Below, one piece after another: positions 56,674-64,000 of a stretch of DNA of 64,000 nucleotides. The notes beneath the pieces are model-generated. The model searched no databases, had not been told where the DNA came from, and saw nothing but the letters and a program-made list of their open reading frames with translations. This DNA is from an uncultured Nitrospinota bacterium (GTDB lineage: Bacteria; Tectomicrobia; Entotheonellia; J063; CAVPRW01), in assembly GCA_963707985.1 (NCBI GenBank), contig CAVPRW010000006.1:58436-122435 (forward strand). Reading direction: 5' to 3'. The position numbers and the translations under genes are program-made. Within the stretch, counting starts at the first letter, position 1; the number at the start of each line of letters is the position of its first letter.

Positions 56674-57285
56674 TCACCGCCCTTCCCCACTTCCCTCGAT
56701 GAGTGACGGGGGGAGCGGTGCACCCAGTAACGCTTCCAGGCGTGCCTGGTGCGCGCGGATGAGATCAACCGCGAACGCGGTGGACAGCGCTTCGGCGCTG
56801 GCGTGCAAGTCCTGGATGGCCCCCCAAATGTAGGAGGAAGGTGACATCGCTCCATGCTCGCGGGGCTCCAGATAGGCCGCCAGCTGGGCGCTGGCCTGAC
56901 CGAGCAAGAGCACCACGGGGAACAGTTGCTCGACACGGGGGGCGTGTCCATAGAGCAACGCGGTGACGGACCGTGCCGCCACAGGCGGGCTGGGCCAACA
57001 CCGTAACGTCGTGGGATCACCGCAGTCTGGAAACGTATGGAGTAACTGACTGCGATAGATAGCCACATCCGGCACCACTTCATCACGGACCCGCGCCATC
57101 GCCTCCGGGACGGACTCCACTGCCGGCTCGTCGCCACACGCGGCGACGACTTTTCCCAGCGCCTTGGCCACATGGAGCTGGATATGCCGTACTTTTTGAT
57201 CACGCCACTCCTCGACGTGCCACACGGGCTGATCAAACCGTTGCGCATCCCACCAGGCCTGCGCGTGCAGTAACAAATGATGCAT
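56674..57285 (-). CDS. Hypothetical all-helical protein (possible MazG-like NTP pyrophosphatase fold)
   Basis: HIQLHVAKALGKV, DEVVPD, LEPREH; largely helical composition. Confidence 0.5.
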   Translation of the reverse strand: MHHLLLHAQAWWDAQRFDQPVWHVEEWRDQKVRHIQLHVAKALGKVVAACGDEPAVESVPEAMARVRDEVVPDVAIYRSQLLHTFPDCGDPTTLRCWPSPPVAARSVTALLYGHAPRVEQLFPVVLLLGQASAQLAAYLEPREHGAMSPSSYIWGAIQDLHASAEALSTAFAVDLIRAHQARLEALLGAPLPPSLIEGSGEGR

Positions 57286-57939
57286 GGCTGGTCGCCTTTC
57301 GATTGAAGGTAGTGCTACACAGGTCATGCTGACAGGTCAGTGCTGCTCTGTAATACATTGAATAAGAAGGCTGTTTGTCGTAGGACGTCCCTACAAGAGC
57401 ATGACCTGTGTAGCACTAGCTGACAGGGACGAGTGTAGCCGCACACGTGAGCGCTGTCAATTTCAGTTTAGAGACCACCAAGAACCCACACGCCATCGGA
57501 TTTAGTGGTATAACTTTGAGCCCTTCTTGACTCACATGATACGACAAGGTATGAGCCACATGGTGTCCCATCAGCGGCAAAGACCATCTGCGCTGCGGTG
57601 ACCATATGTCAAGCCCATCCAAACCGACCCGAGAAAACCGCACAATGACCATCGATCTCCAGAATGAAGCCACCCATGTTCGCCTGCCGGAGGATGACAA
57701 GGCGTTTGTCGAGTGTGTTCTCACTTTTCCGCTGTCCTTTGGCTTTCAACTCAGGTACCAGGCTACCTGCTGCAGGGGCGGGCGTCTCACACGCCCCTCG
57801 CATGGTGTCCGCGCCCGTCTGGGTGGATTCACCATCTGGCGGATCGAGTTGAGAACTGTGTGCGATTCAGTGAGCGGCTGAAACTCTCCACCACTAAATG
57901 TGGAAAATTCGATTTTGTGGATTGGAGGATGATTTTTTT

Positions 57940-58530
57940 TGCGGAGAACAACATCCGTGACTGCGTCTTGACATCGGAGGGGTTTCAACGTATGGTAGAA
58001 CCCTTCCTGATGGTAGAACCCTTCCTGGGTGACTTTAAACCTATGCTCATGTGTGCGTATCATACGAGGATACTGCGCGGTTAGATTGTGTGGCTGGCCA
58101 GGGATCGGGGTGACCTCAAGGCTGGTTTCATTCGTTTGAAAGAGAGACACGAAGACCGGCGAAGGGCGGACCACCTGGATTGGCTGGGAGCTGTGAGGGG
58201 TGTGGCGACAGGAGCCGATTGCGCTCAATGCCTAGGACCAGCGTGCTCTAGTATGTGCTCACACGGAGTGGGCAGGGTAGCAAGTCCATCCGAGAAGTTT
58301 TGGCGTGGGTGTGCCGAGACCCAGGGATTGAGAATTTCGTGTTCCATGACCTGCGCCACACCATGACGAACCTGTAGTGGGTTGGAGTAGATGCCCTGAC
58401 GGCCACGACGATCACTGGGCATGAGACGATGGCAGTCTTGCCGCGCTATAATTCGCATGACGAGCATAATTTATTGGCCGCCCGTGGTCTGAAGGTCACC
58501 GATCTCGTCCCCGGAGGCTCGGCCTTGTAG
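57940..58530 (+). pseudogene. Tyrosine integrase C-terminal remnant upstream of the tRNA
   Basis: ENNIRDCVL, CAYHT, DLKAGFIRL, FVFHDLRHT, ITGHET...RY; stops and frameshifts. Confidence 0.8.
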
Positions 58531-58564
58531 TAGCAACAGTCGTAGCTCCTTGAAACCCTTTGGT

Positions 58565-58654
58565 GCCGGAGTGGTGGAATTGGTAGACGCACGGGACTCA
58601 AAATCCCGCGGGGGCCAGCCCTCCGTGTCGGTTCGAGTCCGACCTCCGGCACCA
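58565..58654 (+). tRNA. tRNA-Leu(CAA)
   Basis: Acceptor GCCGGAG/CTCCGGC, anticodon arm CGGGA-CTCAAAA-TCCCG, long variable arm, GTTCGAGTC T-loop, encoded CCA. Confidence 0.97.
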
Positions 58655-58655
58655 G

Positions 58656-58975
58656 TTACCTCAACAGTTTAGCTTCATTTTCATCATCCTTCCAGAGACG
58701 CTCGATTTCACCCACTGTCACCGTTTTTGTAACCATTTCGTTGGTGACGTAGACAGCCTGACGTTTCGCTGCCTCGCGCAGATCGCTGTCACTGACAATG
58801 TGATAGCGATCGAAGACCGATCGGGTTTTGTGACCAGAAATTTGTTGAGCGACCCGCTCAGGGATACCTGCTCACACCATGTTTCTGACGGCGGTTCGTC
58901 GGAAATCATGGAATAGTTTTCCTGCCAGCCCCACCGCTTGGCAGGCTGAATCCCAGGCAGCACGAAAATCTTTGA
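58656..58975 (-). pseudogene. Tyrosine integrase C-terminal remnant converging on the tRNA 3' end
   Basis: [38 protein letters not shown]; stop codon adjacent to CCA. Confidence 0.88.
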
Positions 58976-59030
58976 TCTATAATCTTCCCATTCGCCGCAC
59001 AAAAAGTCCAAAAGTTTAATTGCCGGGGAG

Positions 59031-60678
59031 GCCTGCGCGTTGAGTCGACTGTTTTTTGAGCGATGGCGTTCAGTGGCGATGCTCTCTTCCCAAGCGCTCC
59101 AACGTGGGAGCGGCGGGTGCCATGCGAGTGCAACGGACGCACCAGGCCAAGGCGATCCTGGGGGCAAGCGACGTGGTGATGAGCACCGAGCGCGTCGATG
59201 AGGTGGCCTGACGCATCGGGCAGATGGTCACGATGGGCTGGCCGGAGGTCTTGGACCGGCACATCCCTCGCCAGTGGACGCCACGGGGGCGCAGGTGGGG
59301 GTGGACCGCCGTGATCTGGCGCGCGTCTCGCGTCACGGAAGGCGACCACCGGAACGTGTCGGGGGAAACCTACCTCAAGGGCCGGCACCACCCCCTGCGC
59401 CACCTGACCGCGCAGGTCATCGAGCCGCTGGATGTGAGTGACGATCGGTTGCGCCATCGGCTGCAACACGTGAGGAAGCCGGCCTATGGGCACCCGCTTG
59501 CACACGAGTTGAAGGCCCGTCGTCCGGCGGTCGATGACCTGTCGCAGGACGTGATCCGCTGTGAGGCCACCACGGGATCGGGTGCGCACGAGGTCACCGC
59601 CGGGGGGCTAGGTCCGTTTGGCCCTAGTCAGGATGATCCGACGCGGCTGCAGATCAACGTCAGGCTGGGGTCGTTGGACCCCGTGGGGATGCCGCTGGCG
59701 ACGGCGGTGTGGTCGGGGGAACGCGCCGATGAGGGCTGCTACCTCCCGATCATTGAGCGGAGGCGCAGGGGGTGGAACACAACCGGCCGGCTGTGGGTCG
59801 GTGATGGTACGATGAGGGCGTGGGACACCCGCGCGTCTCTCGCCAGACACCCGGCCTGGTCCCTGTCGCCGTTGCCGTTGACGGGCGCGACGGCGGAGGC
59901 CAGGGACGCCTGGAGCACCGCCGGGGTGACGACAAGCGCAGCTGAGGCGTGAACACGGATAGGGCGCACCGATGACCGGGGGCACGAGGGACTGGCGGCT
60001 GAGGGCGATGCGTTGGAGCGGACCTGTAGGGCGCCGGGCGGTGGCGTGGACGCCGCGGCAGGGAACGAACGGGGGATGGTGGGACGCGCTCCCAGGCAGG
60101 CAGACCAACAGGCCGCCGGATTGGCAACACGTCTGCCTCATGCGGAGACACAACGGGCGGGCCTCACGCCCGCGAGAGGGCGAGGGACACGGCACATCAC
60201 CGCCGACGCGACGCGCCTGGAGGCCATTGCCCTCGTGCTGAAGGCGCATCGGGTGGACGGTGTACTCCGCGTCGTCTGGGAACCGCCGGTCGAGCAGACC
60301 ACCCCAGACGTGGGCCGGGGTCGAGGCGCGGTGCACCGTGAGAAGCGGGTGCACGAGACAATCCGCGACCATAGCACCCCGATCGCGCGCCAGGCAGCCC
60401 GCATCGCCGCCCTGCGCCAACGGTTTGGCTGGCAGGCTGGTGTCACCACGGCAGGACCCCATCGGCGGTCGTGGCAGGAGGCGGTGTGGTGCTCTCGCCA
60501 CGAATACCGCGTGGAGCGCCTCTTCCACCGTCTCAAGAGCCGTATGCAGATCGCCCCGTTGTTTGTCCAGCTCAACGAGCCCATTGCAGGCCGCACGTAC
60601 CGGCTGACGCTCGGGGTCCGTGTGCTCACGGTCACGGCGTTTGTCCTGCGCCGGTCGCTGGAGCCAGGGCCGGCGTAG
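59031..60678 (+). mobile_element. IS1634-like transposase pseudogene
   Basis: TERVD, DDRL, LDPVGMPLAT, SGERAD, VERLFHRLK. Confidence 0.75.
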
Positions 60679-60679
60679 C

Positions 60680-61983
60680 TGGGCTCGAGAGTATTCCTGA
60701 AACTCAGATGACGCCCAGAGGCGTCTTGAGCCTCGACGCTACGCTCCTCACCCACGACGGACAATCCTGTGAAAAAATCGCCTATGTGTCTGATTCGGCC
60801 CAAGCGTGTGATGTCGGGGCCCACAATTTGGTCAATCTTCATGATCGGGATGATCAGACCGACGATCCAGTCTGCTATACCTTATGGGAACCCGCTGCGG
60901 TCGATGTCTGAGAGGCCGGACTCATCGGTGCAGGCGTCCCCATTCGTCCCAGCACGTCTGCCCTTAACACGCGTGCTCCCCAGAAGTGGTGCAATGATCT
61001 GCTCGGCCTGTGGCGACGTCATCCGCAAGAGCCTGCCGTCCCGCGGATCTATCAACGTAAACTGTGTTTGGGGCAACAGATATTGACACCATTTTGCTCA
61101 GCGCCTCCCAAGCGCCAGCTGCCAGTGACCTTCGATAACTGGTAGACCCAACCGGCATGTTGTCGGTTGCTGCACCAGACCCTCCAAGTCCCCTCTGTGG
61201 GAACTTTCGCCGGAGATGATCGGGTGCTCTTCAAAACAGGCGCAAAACGCCTGGATGCAGGTGATCGCCAATGGCAAGACGCACATCATCGCGCGATCAC
61301 AGCCGGCAAACCACCGGTCTGTGGCAACATCACCCTCCCTGATACAGGAGCAAAAGAAACCTAGTATCGCTACGGTCAGACCCCTAGCATCCCTCACTTT
61401 GGGAAACAACGACTGGGCATCAACCACCGTGAAGTCAACCTGTCGGATACGGCCGGGTGCTCCATCTCCAATCGCTTGCACTGGCAGGCCACCGGGATGA
61501 CGCGGATCCGACGCCATCGCTGGCCCGTTGCCGTGGATCACGAAGAGGGCACAGAGGAGGGCCGCGAGCAGTATCAGGGGCGGGACTTCGCGGCGATATC
61601 AAGGCCTGTCGCGCTCGGCGCCGTCACCTCTAGCTTACGGCGAGCAGCTCCACATGATCGCGCCCTGTTGCACACGCTTCAACAGACACTCGAGACCACG
61701 CTCGAAGGCTCAGCAGCATCATGGCGTCGCAAGACCCAGGCCCACGCGCTGTGGGCCTGGGCCACGTTCATCGCGACCGGGCTGGCCCAGGGACAGACGC
61801 TTCACCACGTGATGGCCCCCTTGCTTGCTGCCGTCTCTTATGAAGCAGCGGGCCTCGGCTTCTCAACGCCTTAGGATGCACTTGCCCTGGGAGACCCTGG
61901 CCAAGGACGGGGGGTCGTCTGTGCTCTCCCCTTAGGGAGGATCCCGATTTAACACATTTTGGAGCGGTGCAACAGTCGAGTTA
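60680..61983 (+). mobile_element. Degenerate IS701/IS4-superfamily transposase with right end near 61983
   Basis: GVLSLDATLLTH, AHNLVNLH, RHRWPV...EG..QYQ.RDF; many stops. Confidence 0.62.
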
Positions 61984-62133
61984 GAAGTGCGCCACCCGGC
62001 GGCGTTGCACCTCTGCCCGCAGCAGGGCTTCTAATATCGGGGATGTTAGCAAGCCCTGGGCTTCCGCTTCCCGTCCCAACGAGGCCGGTAACGTCAAGGT
62101 CAGCTCCAGTTGGACAGTACTCTCGTCTGCCAT
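61981..62133 (-). pseudogene. Antitoxin-like small protein, 3'-truncated by IS (probable TA gene cassette)
   Basis: LELTLTLPASLGREAEAQGLLT..ILEALLRAEVQRRR resembles RHH-like antitoxins; TATAAT at 62181-62176. Confidence 0.58.
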
Positions 62134-62246
62134 CACACGTCTCATTCCCAAAAAGATCACCTGCTTCGAGTCATGATTATACACGACCCCTCCCGGAAAC
62201 GCGTTCTCATGACTGGCTGTGGTTTTGGTCAACTGTGAGTCTGGAT

Positions 62247-62326
62247 GCCGAACGACGAAGCTCAGCTGCCGCGGCGGCTGGTGCGACGGTGAACTGCACG
62301 ATCGCTACATGCGGCCGTGGTCAGGT
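62247..62326 (-). other. Integron attC site, interrupted in the L'' box by a group II intron
   Basis: Minus strand: ACC-TGAC-CACGGC...GCCGCGG-CA-GCTGAGC (L'), 6 nt, GTTCGGC (R'). Confidence 0.72.
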
Positions 62327-62400
62327 GCCGGGTAGACCCAGCGGATACCCGCCAGGCCCCCCACAGACCCGGACGAGCGCAATTAACGCATCCGGTTCCT
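62327..62400 (-). ncRNA. Group II intron domains V and VI (3' end)
   Basis: DV GAACCGGATGCGTTAATTGCGCTCGTCCGGGTC; DVI GGG...CTACCC with bulged A; ends CCCGGC. Confidence 0.9.
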
Positions 62401-62459
62401 CGGAAATCAGAGTGTCGGCACGACTCTGATGCAGAACAGTTGTTGCCCTGCAGGACGTA

Positions 62460-63115
62460 TCAGATGTGATGCACGATACGGGGTAGGGGCAGCGCCAGCA
62501 CCGCACGCAGGTTGGCAAACGTCGCCCACGGGATGGTGCGTGGCCCCCCACGCCGGCTCAACCAATACCGCCACGCGCGCTCCACATGCCGATAGAGCGC
62601 TTCCAGCTTCCGGTAATTCCCTCGAATACCATAGTACTGGTAGTGCCCGCGCAGCTTCTGGCACAGCGCCCGGTATTGGGCCCGCAGCGGTTCGTGCCGA
62701 TGCGTGCGGCACCAGTGCCACCCCGCCCGCATCGCTCGCCGCAGCCGCGTCTTGGCCGTGCGCCGCTTGATCCCCCAGGACTCCCCGCCGTGATTTGGCC
62801 CAGTCGTGGGTCAGTCCGAGAACGTCGAACGTGCCGTCCCCATGCGCGCCGTCGCCCTCTTGACGCGGCGGCTGGAACGGCACCAGGCGGCTCTTCGGCG
62901 GATGCATGGTGAGCTGAAAGCGCGCGAAACGCTTCGGCAAGACCATCAGCATCCGACGCGCATCATCCTCCCGCTCGCAGCCAATGACAAAATCATCGGC
63001 AACGCGGATCAGAAAGCAGCGCCCCTTCATGCGTGGCTTGCCCTCCTGCGCAAACCATTCATCCAGGACATGATCCAAAAAGGTGTTCGCCAGCATGGGG
63101 GAGATTACTCCCCCT
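62460..63115 (-). pseudogene. ltrA: Group II intron reverse transcriptase/maturase, C-terminal half
   Basis: GGVISPMLAN, LIRVADDFV (YADD variant), FDVLG, LRGHYQYYG maturase X; frameshift near 62780. Confidence 0.9.
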
Positions 63116-64000
63116 ACAAAGTTGCAAACTTTTTTTTTCAGGGCTCAGATCACCCGGGCGTGGCTCGACTCGGAACACCACTCGGACTTGATCATGCGCA
63201 ACTTCCACCCGCTTGACCAACGTGCGGATCATCTCGCGTTTGCTCAGCCAGTCGGCCGCCGCCAACCCGTTGCGGACCTTGCTGGCGAAGTCTTCCAGGC
63301 GCCCGACGATCAAGCGCACTTCGGCCTCCAGGCTGGCCTCCTCGGCAAGCTCTTGGCACTGCGCCTCCAAGTGCGCGATCCGTTGGCGGAGCCGGCCGCA
63401 GCCGGGGCTCGAACTCGGACTTCTCGAGGAGCCCCTCGGCGTAGCTATCGATCAACCGCGCCAGGCCCGGCCGCAATTTGCCGAGCTGGACCTCGAGGGT
63501 AGCGAGGGGCGTCTGCCGGGCGTGCGGGTCTGGCTGCAACCGCCGCTGGTATTCCTCCACCAGCCGCGCGGGCTGGGCCAGCAGCGCACAGACCTCCTGC
63601 CACACCGCCAGCTCCAGCAGATCCGTGCGCACCTGGGTATTGTGACAGACCCGCTCACCCCCAAAGCGGTAGGCGTCAGTGCCCAGGCACCGGTAATAGG
63701 CGTACGCCCGGGGGTGGCCCTTGCGGGCGCTGGGGCTGAGGCGTTTGCCATAATAGGCATAGCCGCACTGCTGACACTGCACCACGCCTTGCAGCAGATA
63801 GAGCGCGCCACGGCGGGATTGCCGGGCATGCCGTTGATTGTCTTGCAACTGCTCCTGGACGGCTGCGAACAGCTCAGGCTCCACGATGGCCGGCACGGGA
63901 ATCCGAAGCCATTCCTCCGTGGGGACATCATAGGTCGAGATGGCGCGCCGTGGCTGTACGGGGCGTCGGCGCTGCGCCCGCAGCCGGGGCCGCAGTAGGC
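63059..64000 (-). mobile_element. Large serine recombinase C-terminal part (recombinase, Zn ribbon, coiled coil); frameshifts; extends beyond window
   Basis: PAIVEPELF, YLLQGVVQCQQCG, YYRCLG, KREMIRTLVKRVEV. Confidence 0.88.

Noticed and set aside
57992..58027. 18-bp tandem duplication ATGGTAGAACCCTTCCTG x2
   Set aside because: Only two copies inside a decayed integrase; simple slippage
62460..63115. RT as a retron, DGR or defence RT
   Set aside because: It is followed by the maturase X domain and intron DV/DVI, so it is a group II intron RT
1..64000. CRISPR array or cas genes
   Set aside because: No regularly spaced direct repeats or Cas motifs seen

Overview
GC-rich (roughly 60-65% by eye) bacterial chromosomal segment. 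The gene and IS repertoire resembles Ca. Tectomicrobia/Entotheonella-like lineages (inference only). Single-base frameshifts occur even in conserved genes such as moaA, so the sequence is probably an unpolished long-read assembly. Layout: (1) 1-15 kb: catabolic genes (MmgE/PrpD, ASST-like, SDR, secreted lactonase-type propeller) mixed with IS debris, an SGNH hydrolase, an XRE-cupin regulator, a truncated TIR gene and an orphan PyrE-like PRTase. (2) 15.7-25 kb: dienelactone hydrolase-like/DUF6295, DUF1800-DUF1501-NHL, a ThDP enzyme and an MFS transporter. (3) 26-31 kb: IS pile-up (IS1-like, IS1634, IS3). (4) 32-41 kb: heat-shock cluster dac-dnaK-dnaJ-hspR-htpX-grpE-dnaJ-DUF1844-J protein. Its first gene is a DacZ-type diadenylate cyclase whose promoter overlaps a HAIR-like HspR operator. 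(5) 41-57 kb: Moco genes, TPR protein, rhodanese, amidase and catabolic enzymes, several with non-canonical active-site motifs. (6) 57.9-64 kb: tRNA-Leu(CAA) flanked on both sides by convergent tyrosine-integrase remnants, then IS relics and a nested structure in which a large serine recombinase interrupts the QGG motif of a group II intron RT, and the intron sits inside an integron attC site in front of an antitoxin-like cassette. The best candidates for undescribed biology are the apparent HspR-controlled c-di-AMP synthase heading the dnaK operon and the top-strand, non-class-C attC-inserted intron with its nested recombinase.
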